A DNA stretch of 64,000 bases, from NCBI GenBank assembly GCA_965261005.1, contig OZ253375.1, positions 2,336,001 through 2,400,000 on the forward strand, in the 5' to 3' direction. This DNA is from Deinococcus sp. Its GTDB lineage: Bacteria; Deinococcota; Deinococci; Deinococcales; Deinococcaceae. A program made the translations under genes and the position numbers. The notes below the pieces were generated by a model. It was not told the origin of the DNA and ran no database searches. It saw nothing but the letters and a program-made list of their open reading frames with translations. Each line of letters opens with the position of its first letter. Position 1 is the stretch's first letter. Positions 31,723 through 44,142 of the stretch are shown here, piece after piece.

Positions 31723-33237
31723 ATGACCTTCGAGAGCAGATTCGCCGAACTGAACGACCGCCTGCGCGAGATCAGCGACCTCGGCTCCGTGGGCGCCGTG
31801 CTGGGCTGGGACCAAAGCACCTACCTGCCGGTTGGCGGCTCGGCGGCCCGAGCGCGCCAAAGCGCCCTCTTGAGCGGGCTGCGCCACCAAAAGGCGACCG
31901 ACCCGGAATTGGGCCGGTTGCTGGAAAGCCTGGAGCGTGAGAGCGGCCAGCTCGACCCGGACAGGATGCAGGCCGCCCTCTTGCGGGTGGCGCGGCGCGA
32001 CTTCGACCGGGCGACCCGCGTGCCGGCCAGCTTCGTCACCGAGCTGACCCGCCACACCGGCGAGACCTACGACGCCTGGACCCGCGCCAGGCCGGCGGGG
32101 GACTTCGCCGGCCTGGCGCCCAAGCTGGAAAAGACCCTCGACCTCAGCCGCCAATACGCCGCCTACTTCTCGGAGTTCGCACATCCGATGGACATCTTCG
32201 TGGACGAGTCGGACGCGGGCATGACGGTCGCCAAGGTGCGTGAGGTATTTTCTACTTTGCGTGAGGCGCTGGTCCCCCTGGTGGGGCAGGTGGCCGAGCG
32301 ACCAGAGCCGCGCAGCGATTTTCTGCACCGCCACTACCCCGCCGCCCAGCAGCTCGCCTTCGGGGAGGGCGTCATCCGCGACTACGGCTACGACTTCGCG
32401 CGGGGCCGCCAAGACCTGACCGCCCACCCCTTTTGCACCTCCTTCAGCATTTCCGACGTGCGCATCACCACCCGCGTCAAGGAGAACGACCTCTCGGAGG
32501 CGCTGTTCTCCACCCTGCACGAGTCGGGCCACGCCATGTATGAGCAGGGCGTCAGCCCCGACTACGAGGGGACGCCGCTGGCGCACGGCACCTCGGCGGG
32601 CGTCCACGAGAGCCAGTCGCGCCTGTGGGAAAACGTGGTCGGGCGCAGCTCGCGCTTTTGGGAACATTACTTTCCGAAGCTGCGGGACGCCTTTCCGGAA
32701 CAGCTCGCGGACGTGACCCAGGAGGAGCTGTACCGCGCCGTCAACGTCGTGCGCCGCAGCCTGATCCGCACCGACGCCGACGAGCTGACCTACAACCTGC
32801 ACGTCATCCTGCGCTTCGAGCTGGAACTCGCCATGCACGAGGGCAGCCTGGAGGTGCGCGATCTCGCCGACGCTTGGCACGCCCGCTACGAAAGCGACTT
32901 GGGCCTGCGCGCCCCCAGCCACACCGACGGCGCGCTGCAAGACGTCCATTGGTACTTCGGCCCCATCGGCGGCATGTTTCACGGCTACACCCTCGGCAAC
33001 GTCCTGAGCGTGCAGTTCTGGGAAGCGGCCCTGCGGGCGCACCCGGACATCCCTGACCAGATCGCTCGCGGCGAGTTCGCCACTTTGCACGGCTGGCTGC
33101 GCGACAACGTCTACCGCCACGGCCGCGCCCTCAGCGCCGAGGAGGTGACACGGCGCGCCACCGGCTCAGAATTGAACGTGGAGCCGTACCTGAACTACCT
33201 GCGCGGCAAGTACGGCGGGCTGTACGGGCTGGATTGA
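31723..33237 (+). CDS. carboxypeptidase M32 (Taq-like)
   Basis: HPF, DVRITT, HESGH, HESQ, IRTDAD, QDVHW. Confidence 0.96.
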   Translation: MTFESRFAELNDRLREISDLGSVGAVLGWDQSTYLPVGGSAARARQSALLSGLRHQKATDPELGRLLESLERESGQLDPDRMQAALLRVARRDFDRATRVPASFVTELTRHTGETYDAWTRARPAGDFAGLAPKLEKTLDLSRQYAAYFSEFAHPMDIFVDESDAGMTVAKVREVFSTLREALVPLVGQVAERPEPRSDFLHRHYPAAQQLAFGEGVIRDYGYDFARGRQDLTAHPFCTSFSISDVRITTRVKENDLSEALFSTLHESGHAMYEQGVSPDYEGTPLAHGTSAGVHESQSRLWENVVGRSSRFWEHYFPKLRDAFPEQLADVTQEELYRAVNVVRRSLIRTDADELTYNLHVILRFELELAMHEGSLEVRDLADAWHARYESDLGLRAPSHTDGALQDVHWYFGPIGGMFHGYTLGNVLSVQFWEAALRAHPDIPDQIARGEFATLHGWLRDNVYRHGRALSAEEVTRRATGSELNVEPYLNYLRGKYGGLYGLD

Positions 33238-33242
33238 GCCTT

Positions 33243-33293
33243 GCTCCCCTCCCCCCTTGCGGGGGAGGGGCCGGGGGTGGGGGGTCCCCCGAG
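33243..33293. repeat. C/G-rich palindromic intergenic repeat, copy B
   Basis: CTCCCCTCCCCCCTTGCGGGGGAGGGGCCGGGGGTGGGGGG. Confidence 0.8.
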
Positions 33294-33297
33294 CAAC

Positions 33298-33338
33298 ACA
33301 ACAAGGGCGCACAGGAGTTGCTGTGCGCCCTTGTTGTA
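33298..33338. terminator. bidirectional hairpin between convergent genes
   Basis: ACAACAAGGGCGCACAG...CTGTGCGCCCTTGTTGT. Confidence 0.75.
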
Positions 33339-33387
33339 TTGTCCGCCAGAAGGCCAGTTGTGGCGGGACGGAGCTGAGTGTCGGGGT

Positions 33388-34311
<924 letters not shown>

Positions 34312-34363
34312 GTGGCCTTCCTCCGGGACTATGAATGGGTGTGCGAACTGTTGGCCTTCCTAA

Positions 34364-35806
<1,443 letters not shown>

Positions 35807-35827
35807 GCTGCCCGCTCTCCAAGGGAG

Positions 35828-35884
35828 CGTTCAGCGTACCGCGCCGCTCGCTGCACAGCAGCGAGCGGCGCGGTACGCTGAACG
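35828..35884. repeat. perfect 27-bp inverted repeat with 3-nt loop in the IS110 right end
   Basis: CGTTCAGCGTACCGCGCCGCTCGCTGC-ACA-GCAGCGAGCGGCGCGGTACGCTGAACG. Confidence 0.95.
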
Positions 35885-35955
35885 TGACCAACCTCGTGCT
35901 GCCTGTGGGCGGCCTTGGAGACGCCTCGCGTACTTCCTCAGAGGTTGGTCCCCTC

Positions 35956-35961
35956 TTGACA
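35956..35961 (+). promoter_or_regulatory. -35 box of the IS110 circle-junction promoter (pairs with TATGTT 34673-34678)
   Basis: The joined ends give TTGACA-17 nt-TATGTT. Confidence 0.8.
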
Positions 35962-36146
35962 AGAGACACCGTTGCTCCGCTGGAAACTCAATCAACTTTG
36001 TTGACTGAGTTTCCGGAATCCGTATCAGAAGATGCCGGTGCGGCCCACCAGCTTGGAGGCGTGGGTGCGCCAAAACGCGCCGGCCTTTTCGCCGCAGGGG
36101 TAAGTGCAGCGTCAAGCAAGTTCTGATAGGGTCGTTCTTCGAGCGT

Positions 36147-36198
36147 GCTCGGTGGACCCCTCACCCCCGGCCCCTCTCCCGCAAGGGGAGAGGAGTGC
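36147..36198. repeat. C/G-rich palindromic intergenic repeat, copy C (reverse)
   Basis: CCCCTCACCCCCGGCCCCTCTCCCGCAAGGGGAGAGG. Confidence 0.8.
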
Positions 36199-36235
36199 AA
36201 AAAAGAGACCACCCGCGCGGGTGGTCTTCTTTTCA

Positions 36236-36634
36236 TCAGTCCAGCGGGTCGGGGTCCGCGCTCGCCAGGCGGGTTTCCTTGTCGCGCTCGGTGGCGATGT
36301 TGGCCTCGTGCTGGCGCTCGGCACTGGTGTTGGACGCGACCGGCGCGCGGGCGATGTCCTGGTCGTTGCCGGCCAGGGTGCCCAGCTTGGGGATAGGCGC
36401 GTCCGAGCCGTGCAAGTCGGCGTCGGTCTTGCCGCCCTCTGAGAGGCGCTGGCCTTGGTCCACGCGCTGCTGGTAGTCCTCGTTGGGCTTGTCCTTGCTG
36501 GGGTCGCGCTCGAAGGAGCGGGCGATCTGGGGGTTGCGCTCTTGGGCCTCGTTCAGGCCGTCCGCACCCGTCTCGAAGCGCTCGACGCTCTGTTCGTCGG
36601 CCGGTTGGTCGGGGTAAAGGGTGGGGTCGGTCAT
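36236..36634 (-). CDS. acidic, probably disordered hypothetical protein
   Basis: GGAGG RBS, hairpin 36201-36232 downstream, D/E-rich sequence. Confidence 0.7.
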   Translation of the reverse strand: MTDPTLYPDQPADEQSVERFETGADGLNEAQERNPQIARSFERDPSKDKPNEDYQQRVDQGQRLSEGGKTDADLHGSDAPIPKLGTLAGNDQDIARAPVASNTSAERQHEANIATERDKETRLASADPDPLD

Positions 36635-37143
36635 CGGTCCTCCTGTTCCTCTTGGCGCTTGGCCTGAAATATGCTGCTGGCGCTGGGTACATCAGCGTTG
36701 GGCAGATTGGCGCTGGGCACTCCGGGGGCGTCCGGCTTGTTCTCCCCCTGGGTTCCCAGCAAGTTCTCGCTGAGGTGGGGTTCCTCGGGCCGGATCGAGG
36801 CGGTCTCGGGTAGGGGGAGGGGCGCCCGTCCGGCCGTTGATGCCGGCTCGGCGGTCGCTTCCCCCTCGACCTCACCCTCGACCGGCTGGCCCAAGTCGGC
36901 GATCTGCTGCTCGCGGGCAGCGATTTCACTATCCACGCGGCTGATCTCGCCGCGAACGCTCGCCAGCACCTCCAAGTCGGCGTTCGCGTGGTAGGCGCGG
37001 CCCAGCCGGCCGTACAGACCGTCCAGCTCGCGGTTTAACTGAAAAATGTCCAGGCGCAGCCGGGCCGCCTGCGTGACTTCCTCGCCGCGCGCCCGCACCT
37101 GCTCCACGCCCCTTCGCAGCGAGTTGACCAGGTTGTCGAGCAT
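36631..37143 (-). CDS. hypothetical coiled-coil protein
   Basis: GGAGG RBS; RLDIFQLNRELDGLYGRLGRAY. Confidence 0.75.
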   Translation of the reverse strand: MLDNLVNSLRRGVEQVRARGEEVTQAARLRLDIFQLNRELDGLYGRLGRAYHANADLEVLASVRGEISRVDSEIAAREQQIADLGQPVEGEVEGEATAEPASTAGRAPLPLPETASIRPEEPHLSENLLGTQGENKPDAPGVPSANLPNADVPSASSIFQAKRQEEQEDR

Positions 37144-37197
37144 AGAAGCCTCCAAGGAACAGTATTGGCGCCCCCATCAGGGAGGGCCGTGAAAAGC

Positions 37198-38907
37198 CTA
37201 AAGGTCGGCGTTCAGGCTGAGGGGTCCGCCCACCGGCGGGACGGGCGCGCGGGCGTTCAGCTGTTCCGCCAGGGCCGCGCGCAGTTCCTCCAAACCGCGC
37301 CCACTTGCCGCGCTGATGGGCACGCCGTTGAGGCGCTCCACCTCGCGCGCCAGCGCGTGCGGCTCGGCGGCGTCGGCCTTGTTGAGGGCGACCACGCCCG
37401 GCAGGTCCCCCACGCCCAGGTCGCGCAGAATGCGCTCGACGGCGGCGAAGCGGGTGTCGGCGTCGGGGCTGGCCGCGTCCACGACGTGCAGCAGCACATC
37501 GGCGTCGCCGATCTCCTCCAGCGTCGCCCGAAAGGCGCGCTGCAAGTCCGCCGGCAGGTCGCGGATAAAGCCCACCGTGTCGGTGAAGACGACCGGCCCC
37601 ACGCCGTCCAGGTACCCCTGCCGCGAGGTCGGGCGCAGGGTGGCGAACAGCTTGTTCTCGGCCAGCACCTTGCGCGGCTCGTTGGCGGCGTGGGTAAAGG
37701 CGTTCAGCAGGGTGCTCTTGCCCGCGTTGGTGTAGCCCACGATGGCGACCACCGGCACCTCGCCGAGCGCGCGCCGCTTGCGCCGCTCGGCGCGGCGCCG
37801 GGACAGCTCGGTGATCTGACGCTCCAGCCAGGCAATGCGGTCGTTGATGCGCCGCCGGTCCAGCTCCAGCTTGGTCTCGCCGGGGCCGCGCGTCCCGATG
37901 GCCCCGCCCGCCGCGCTGCCACCCGACGCGCCGATGCGCGACAGCCGCGTGCCCTGTCCCAGCAGGCGCGGCTTCATGTAGCGCAACTGTGCCAACTCCA
38001 CCTGCGCCCGCGACTCGGCCCCCTGCGCGTGCAAGGCGAAGATGTCGAGGATCAGCTGGGTGCGGTCGAGCACCTTGAGGCCGGTCGCCGCCTCGATCTC
38101 ACGGGCCTGGGCCGGCGAGAGTTCCTGCCCGAAGATCAGCAGCTCGGCGTCGAGGTGGTAGGCGCGCGAGGTCAGCTCCGCGAGCTTGCCGGCGCCCACC
38201 AAGGTGCCCGGCTTGAGGTGGCGGCGGTAGATCAGCTCCTTGTGGACCACCTCGGCCCCGGCGGTGCGCGCCAACTCGCCCAGCTCGGTGAGGCGCTCCT
38301 CGGCGTCGAACTGGCCGCCGTCAATCTGCACCAACAGGGCGCGCTCTCGCTCTTTGTTCACCTCGCGCAGCTGGCGGTGGCGGGCCAGCTCCTCTTCCAG
38401 GGCCGACACCTGCGCGCCGAGGTCGAACTGCTCGGCTGCCTGCGGACTCATGGGGGGATAGAGGCGCCAATCCTCCTCCTCGCCCAGCGTGCCGGGGGGG
38501 GTCAGGTGCGCCAAGTGGACGCTGCCGGGCAGCCCGTCCGGCCGCACGTCAATGGCGGCCACCGCGTCCAGCCGCTTCAGGAACAGCGCCGAGAGGTCCC
38601 CCTTGCTGAGGGGACCGCCCTTCGGGTGGGTGTGCAGCAAGTGGTAGCCGGTCAGGCGCGACTCGCCCAGCCGCTCCGCCGGCAGCTCGGCCGCCCCCGC
38701 GTCCGCCACGCTGACGCTCAGGACCCGCCCCCGGCGGTCAATCAGCAAGCTCACCTCGCGGCGCACGTCGTGCGATAGCTCGCTGAGGTTGCGCGCCAAT
38801 TCCGGCGAGGTCACGCTGCCGGGCGCCAGGCGGCGGCGGTACAAGTTGGAGAGTTGCTTGATCTGGTTGGGCCGCAGGCCGTTGGTGTTGCCGTGAACTT
38901 TCTCGAT
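37198..38907 (-). CDS. hflX: GTPase HflX with N-terminal extension; probable ATC start
   Basis: GYTNAGKS, LFATL, DTVGFI, NKAD; GGAGG-7 nt-ATC GAG AAA GTT CAC GGC AAC in frame. Confidence 0.93.
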   Translation of the reverse strand: MEKVHGNTNGLRPNQIKQLSNLYRRRLAPGSVTSPELARNLSELSHDVRREVSLLIDRRGRVLSVSVADAGAAELPAERLGESRLTGYHLLHTHPKGGPLSKGDLSALFLKRLDAVAAIDVRPDGLPGSVHLAHLTPPGTLGEEEDWRLYPPMSPQAAEQFDLGAQVSALEEELARHRQLREVNKERERALLVQIDGGQFDAEERLTELGELARTAGAEVVHKELIYRRHLKPGTLVGAGKLAELTSRAYHLDAELLIFGQELSPAQAREIEAATGLKVLDRTQLILDIFALHAQGAESRAQVELAQLRYMKPRLLGQGTRLSRIGASGGSAAGGAIGTRGPGETKLELDRRRINDRIAWLERQITELSRRRAERRKRRALGEVPVVAIVGYTNAGKSTLLNAFTHAANEPRKVLAENKLFATLRPTSRQGYLDGVGPVVFTDTVGFIRDLPADLQRAFRATLEEIGDADVLLHVVDAASPDADTRFAAVERILRDLGVGDLPGVVALNKADAAEPHALAREVERLNGVPISAASGRGLEELRAALAEQLNARAPVPPVGGPLSLNADL

Positions 38908-39036
38908 AAGAATTCCTCCAGGACTAGGGAAAAGGGGCTGATAAGGGGTTGCGGAAGGTTGAGCTTCAGGGTAGCAGGCGGACTAAATCTGCGCCGTAAC
39001 CTTTGGAAGGGTTGGACGGCGAAACGGCTTTGCCCG

Positions 39037-39073
39037 GCTCCTCCCCCCTTGCGGGGGAGGTTGGGAGGGGGGT
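39037..39073. repeat. C/G-rich palindromic intergenic repeat, copy D
   Basis: CTCCTCCCCCCTTGCGGGGGAGGTTGGGAGGGGGG. Confidence 0.7.
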
Positions 39074-39133
39074 AAACGAATCGGCCCGCCAGCGCGCTCG
39101 TCCCCCCCTTCACCCCATGCTCTACACTGCGGC

Positions 39134-39940
39134 GTGACGGCTTTTCCCGCCTACGCGGTCGCGGACTTGCACGGGCGCCTCGACCTGCTGGAGGGCGCGC
39201 TGGCCGCCGTGCCAGGCGCGCACCTGGTCGTGCTGGGCGACGTGATTGACCGGGGGCCGGACAGCCTGGCCTGCGTCCGGCTGCTGCTGGAGCTGCACGG
39301 CGCCGGGCGCGTCACGCTGCTGTGGGGCAACCACGAGCACATGCTCGCCAGCGCCCTGATGTACTGGCAGATGTTTCTACAAGACGGCCTCGCCAAGCAC
39401 GCCCGCCTCGCCGACTCGCACTTCGGGTGGTGGCTGGACAACGGGGGAGAGGCCGTCCGCGCCGAGGCGGGCGGCTTCGACTTGTCGGGCGTGCCGTCCG
39501 AGCTGGTGGTCTACCTGTCGCACCTGAAGCTGTGCGCCTTTGCCGACGAGGGGGGCGTTCACGCCGAACAGCCCGCCGGCCCCTGCGTCCTGGCCTCCCA
39601 CGCCGCCCCGCCCGCTGCCCACCCCGACTACCCCGACCCCTTTGTGGCCGCCCTGTGGCTGCGCCCGGACAGCGGCCCCTTCGCGCTGCCGCAGGGCGCC
39701 TCGTGGAGCGTTCACGGCCACACCCCGCTGCGTGCCCCCCTGCGCCGCCCTCCACAAGTCTTCACCGACCTGGGCGCCGTCGCCACCGGCCGCCTGTGCC
39801 TGACCCCGCTGCTGCCCGCCGGGCCGGGGGAACTGCTGGTGGTCCAGCGCCCCGCCCGCGCCCGCCGCCCCCGCCTGAGCGCCCTGGCCGGCGAGGTGCT
39901 GCCCTACCGCTTGGTGGGGGAAGCCGCTCGTCAGACATGA
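39134..39940 (+). CDS. calcineurin-like metallophosphoesterase (PPP-type)
   Basis: DLHG, GDVIDRG, GNHE, HGHTP; TACACT 5 nt upstream of start. Confidence 0.9.
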   Translation: MTAFPAYAVADLHGRLDLLEGALAAVPGAHLVVLGDVIDRGPDSLACVRLLLELHGAGRVTLLWGNHEHMLASALMYWQMFLQDGLAKHARLADSHFGWWLDNGGEAVRAEAGGFDLSGVPSELVVYLSHLKLCAFADEGGVHAEQPAGPCVLASHAAPPAAHPDYPDPFVAALWLRPDSGPFALPQGASWSVHGHTPLRAPLRRPPQVFTDLGAVATGRLCLTPLLPAGPGELLVVQRPARARRPRLSALAGEVLPYRLVGEAARQT

Positions 39941-40115
39941 AGCCCGCGCCGTCAGAAACTCCACATTCTTGTAAGAATGCTGTAAGACCCGCCCTCGTAA
40001 TCTAACCTCAGCAGCGCAGCCACCCCTCCCCAAACGGCCTGCGCTGCCCCAGCCCTAACCCCGCCCAGACGGCCCATAAAATCCCATATCCGTCCGGGCA
40101 CCCGAGGAGAACACC

Positions 40116-40511
<396 letters not shown>

Positions 40512-40561
40512 GCCTTTCGAGTAAGTTTGCCCACCTCCTTCCGAGGTGGGCTTTCTTCTTT

Positions 40562-41884
40562 ATGACCAAGAACTTGCTTCTCTTGTCTGTTTGCCTCCTG
40601 CCCCTCCTTATCAATCCAACCATCACACTCAATTTCGACGAGGTGTATCTCTGGCCCAAGCTGTGGTGGATTTACGGTGTGGTGCTACCAAGTGCGGCGG
40701 GTGTTTTTTGGACGTATCGGCGGCAGGTTGACGGAAAGGCTCTCGTGTTTTTCGGTGTTTTTATTGGGTGGCTTACGCTCGCGGCTCTTCTGACCGACCC
40801 AAGCAAGTCGCTTCTTGGCTCATCCCTTCGTGCGGACGGAATCTTAATGCACGGGGTTTATGTTCTCGTGGCGCTCGCGGTATTCGCTTGGCTCCGTGCT
40901 GAACCATTAGATGCCTCGCGGCGGCTCGAACAGGCGTTTTCTTGGCTTACCGTGCCACTCTCTCTTCTGGTCTTGCTACAGCACTTCGGCCTTCTGGGCG
41001 TCTTCGGCAGCGGGGCGATCAGCGGGGTTGCGCCGACGGTGGCCGGCGGTACGCTCGGCAACCGGGGGTACATGGGTGGACTGCTGGCGCTGCTTTTGCC
41101 TTTCGCAGCCATGTGGTTCATACGTCGTCCGGTGGTCTGGCGGGGACTGGCGCTGTTCTTGCTCGCCGCCGCCATCGCCGCAACCTTGGCGCGTGGCGCT
41201 TGGGTAGCGGCCTTGCTCGGCTATTTGATTTGGACGCTGGGCACGGGCAATTGGCGAACGTGGAGAGTTCACCTGCCGCTGGTTCTGGGCATCATGCTTC
41301 CATTTGTGCCGCTCACGCAGGGCCAGCCGACCAAAGCACTCAATCTGGATAACAGCGGGCGCGGGGTGCTGTGGCAGTCGGCCATCTTCGGCATTCGGGA
41401 ACGCCCGCTGTTTGGCTGGGGTGCCGACGGCGTGATTCGCGCCATGCACGCCCGGCCCGCCTCAATGGTGTTGCAAGAACTTGGGTGGGCGCCTGGCACT
41501 TACTCCAAGTCCGAAGTCAGTCCAAGTCGGACCGAGTACAGCGCTCTCTTGACAAAGCCCGACGGCAAGCGTGTTCTCGTCGGCACCTCGATAGACAAAG
41601 TTCACAACGAATACCTCGACTACGCCGTGTCTTACGGCATTCCCGCCGCCCTGCTGTTCGCCGCCCTGCTGGCGCTCGGCATCTGGCGCTCCTACCGGGT
41701 TGCGCCGGCCTACGCGGGCGCCCTGGTCGCCTACGCCGTCTACCTGCTGACCTGGCCCGAGGTGATCCGCTTTGCGCCGCTGGCTTGGGCCGTGCTGGGC
41801 GGCGCGCTGGCCGTGGGGGCTGGGCGGCGTTCACGGCGCACAACATCCGACCCTCCCCCGTCCCCTCCTACAGGTGCCTTATGA
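40562..41884 (+). CDS. O-antigen ligase family protein, candidate pilin O-oligosaccharyltransferase
   Basis: Many TM helices; GTLGNRG, ARGAW, SGRGVLW, RPLFGWG, HNEYLD; lies between two pilin genes. Confidence 0.85.
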   Translation: MTKNLLLLSVCLLPLLINPTITLNFDEVYLWPKLWWIYGVVLPSAAGVFWTYRRQVDGKALVFFGVFIGWLTLAALLTDPSKSLLGSSLRADGILMHGVYVLVALAVFAWLRAEPLDASRRLEQAFSWLTVPLSLLVLLQHFGLLGVFGSGAISGVAPTVAGGTLGNRGYMGGLLALLLPFAAMWFIRRPVVWRGLALFLLAAAIAATLARGAWVAALLGYLIWTLGTGNWRTWRVHLPLVLGIMLPFVPLTQGQPTKALNLDNSGRGVLWQSAIFGIRERPLFGWGADGVIRAMHARPASMVLQELGWAPGTYSKSEVSPSRTEYSALLTKPDGKRVLVGTSIDKVHNEYLDYAVSYGIPAALLFAALLALGIWRSYRVAPAYAGALVAYAVYLLTWPEVIRFAPLAWAVLGGALAVGAGRRSRRTTSDPPPSPPTGAL

Positions 41885-42240
41885 CCCTCTCGCAAGGCTT
41901 TACCCTGATTGAACTCCTCATCGTGATCGCCATCATCGGTATTCTGGCGGCGATCCTCCTTCCCAACCTGCTCGGCGCCCGCGCGTCGGCACAGGACCGC
42001 TCGGCCCAAGCGTTCGCGCAGCACATCTACAAGGCGGCCTTCGCCCACATTGCCGGGGCGTTCACGCAGACGGCGGTGGTCACGTCGGGCGACTGCACGT
42101 CCGGCTACTCGGCGGGGGAGTATCCCGTGTCCACCCCTGGCCCGACCGTCGTGGCGAGCTGCAAGGTGGATGCGCTGCCGGACGGGACGCCCAGCGTGAT
42201 GGTCGTGAGCGCGCACGGGAAGAGGTTTTCTTTGCCGTGA
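41881..42240 (+). CDS. type IV pilin (second/minor)
   Basis: QGFTLIELLIVIAIIGILAAILLPNL. Confidence 0.9.
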   Translation: MTLSQGFTLIELLIVIAIIGILAAILLPNLLGARASAQDRSAQAFAQHIYKAAFAHIAGAFTQTAVVTSGDCTSGYSAGEYPVSTPGPTVVASCKVDALPDGTPSVMVVSAHGKRFSLP

Positions 42241-42243
42241 TGG

Positions 42244-42291
42244 GGTGGACCCCTCACCCCCGGCCCCTCTCCCGCAAGGGGAGAGGGGTGA
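42244..42291. repeat. C/G-rich palindromic repeat, copy E
   Basis: Near-identical to copy C. Confidence 0.8.
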
Positions 42292-42367
42292 ACTGCTTTG
42301 GGAAGGGATCATGTTTCTAAAACGCTCGTTTTGCCTATTGTGCTAATTTGGCCTGGGGAGGTTAAAT

Positions 42368-42760
42368 ATGACGGCGCTTGAACAACGCTCCGAGCCTCAA
42401 GCGGTCTACACGCTGGCCGAAGTTGCCGCCGCCCTGCGGGTCAGCTCCGAAACCATCCGGCGCAAGATCGTGGCGGGTGAATTGACGGCGGTGGAGATCG
42501 GCGGGACCAGGCGCAAGCAGTACCGAATTTTTGCGGCGGACTTGGCGCGCTGGCTGGGACCGGAGCGGGTGGGCCAGTTGTTCGGTCTGGGCCGAGCGCT
42601 CGACGAACTTCAAGCGGCCTTTGCTCAAGTGCCCGAGGCGGAGCGAGAAACCCTGATCGCGGGGGCGGTGCGCTGGGCCAAGGACGCGCGCCCCACGCCG
42701 ACAGGGCCGTTTCTCCCCACGCCTTCGAGGGAAGACATTTTGCAAAAACGCAAAGGGTGA
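42368..42760 (+). CDS. excisionase/HTH_17-type DNA-binding protein
   Basis: YTLAEVAAALRVSSETIRRKIVAGELTA...YRI. Confidence 0.85.
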   Translation: MTALEQRSEPQAVYTLAEVAAALRVSSETIRRKIVAGELTAVEIGGTRRKQYRIFAADLARWLGPERVGQLFGLGRALDELQAAFAQVPEAERETLIAGAVRWAKDARPTPTGPFLPTPSREDILQKRKG

Positions 42761-42799
42761 CCTCTCGCTGCGCGCACAGGCGAGTCATCTCGAATCTTT

Positions 42800-42843
42800 G
42801 CTCCCCTCCCCACCTGAGGGGGAGGGGCCGGGGGTGGGAGGTC
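42800..42843. repeat. C/G-rich palindromic repeat, copy F (inverted relative to E)
   Basis: CTCCCCTCCCCACCTGAGGGGGAGGGGCCGGGGGTGGGAGG. Confidence 0.8.
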
Positions 42844-43021
42844 TCACCCGCGAGCGCGAAGAACAAATCCTCATCCAACGCCTCAAAATTTGCTTGTCAA
42901 ATTTCGCTTGGCGGTGTGCTGGAATTGCTTTTGCGCGCCGGGGCGCGGTTGCTTTGGCGTGCGGTTGCGGTGGCCCTTCTACTCGCTCGGGTTGAGTTCA
43001 AGCTCGATGGTCCGGCCGCGT

Positions 43022-43683
43022 TTAGCTGTGGGCGGGGCCAGAATCTTTGATGGCTCCCCAACGCACGAACGAATGCTGCGCCTGCAATGCTTTTGCTTCC
43101 TGCTCCAGTTGGCCTTCGTCCTCTATCAGAACGGACACGGGCGCGACGGCCGCTCGCACCTCAGCGGGTAGGAATGGGCTGTGAAGGACGACCCGACGCC
43201 TCACGAGCGCTGTCAGCACGAAGTCGCGCGTCACCTCATATGAGCTGTAAACCACCGTGAGATCGGCGAGCGTGACGGCCTGGGCGAGGTGGCCTAAAAT
43301 ACGCGGGGTTCGGCGCTGCAAGTCTTTATTGGAAATGTCGTGACCGCCTTGCAGTACCCGGTTGTCAATGCGCAGCCGGGTATCGTCGCCGATGGTGATG
43401 AACACCAGAAACACGGCGTATCCGCGTTTGCGCGCGGCTTCCATCAGGCGCAGAGGCTGACCGCCCGACAGCGTTGTCTCTTGCGCGATGTCTTGCCCCT
43501 TGTGTAGGGCATCCTGTACGAATTGTAAGGCGAGCCGGGATGCTCGCATGGTCGCCGCTGACGTGGAGCCGCCGAAGCGCTCGACGGCCAAGCGGTCGGG
43601 ATCAATGGCCGAAATGCCGAAAAGGCGCGTCAAGGTGCTTTTCCCAGCGCCATTTGGCCCGCGAAGATCAGCAGGCGCGGCAC
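43022..43683 (-). pseudogene. zeta-toxin-like P-loop (AAA) protein, frameshifted near codon 9
   Basis: GTG 43683 gives VPRLLIFAG; another frame continues GPNGAGKST, IDPD, QETTLSG, RVLQGGH. Confidence 0.75.
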
Positions 43684-44003
43684 TACCGCGACTGGGCGGG
43701 CAGTTCGCGCACGATGGTATAGGCGTAGCGCTGGAACTGCCCACGCTCGTCGTGAACGTCGCGCCGCACCACCTCAACGCGGCGGCCGTCGGGGTATTCC
43801 ACGACCAGGGCGCCCCCGGCTCTGTACGTGACGGGCAGGCCCAACTGCAACAGCCGGATTCGCTCACCGCTGTACCCGAGTTGGCGCAGAACCTCGGCCG
43901 AATGCTCGGTGATGGGTTCGCCCTGACGCATCAACTTCAAGTCTGGAGCGCACTCACCCGGTGTGGAGATATTGCTTCGAACAACTTTGGTCACGGCGCT
44001 CAC
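43683..44003 (-). CDS. small hypothetical protein coupled to the P-loop gene (candidate antitoxin)
   Basis: TAGTG stop/start overlap; GLPVTY...LVVEYPDGRRVEV. Confidence 0.6.
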   Translation of the reverse strand: MSAVTKVVRSNISTPGECAPDLKLMRQGEPITEHSAEVLRQLGYSGERIRLLQLGLPVTYRAGGALVVEYPDGRRVEVVRRDVHDERGQFQRYAYTIVRELPAQSR

Positions 44004-44142
44004 CTCTCCACATGGTACGCGCTCGAAGCGGGCGGGCCAAGGACGCGCACCCCGCGCCAGCGGAGCTGCCTCTTCCCACACCCCTCCAGGGAAGCCATGT
44101 TGAAAAAACGCAAAGGGTGATTCTGGGGATTGTTTCAGACGT

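Noticed and set aside
39965..39980. Palindrome CATTCTT-GT-AAGAATG upstream of the pilin gene
   Set aside because: Single occurrence with no assignable regulator
42757..43020. Short ORFs after the HTH gene
   Set aside because: Partly derived from repeat copy F; no coding signature
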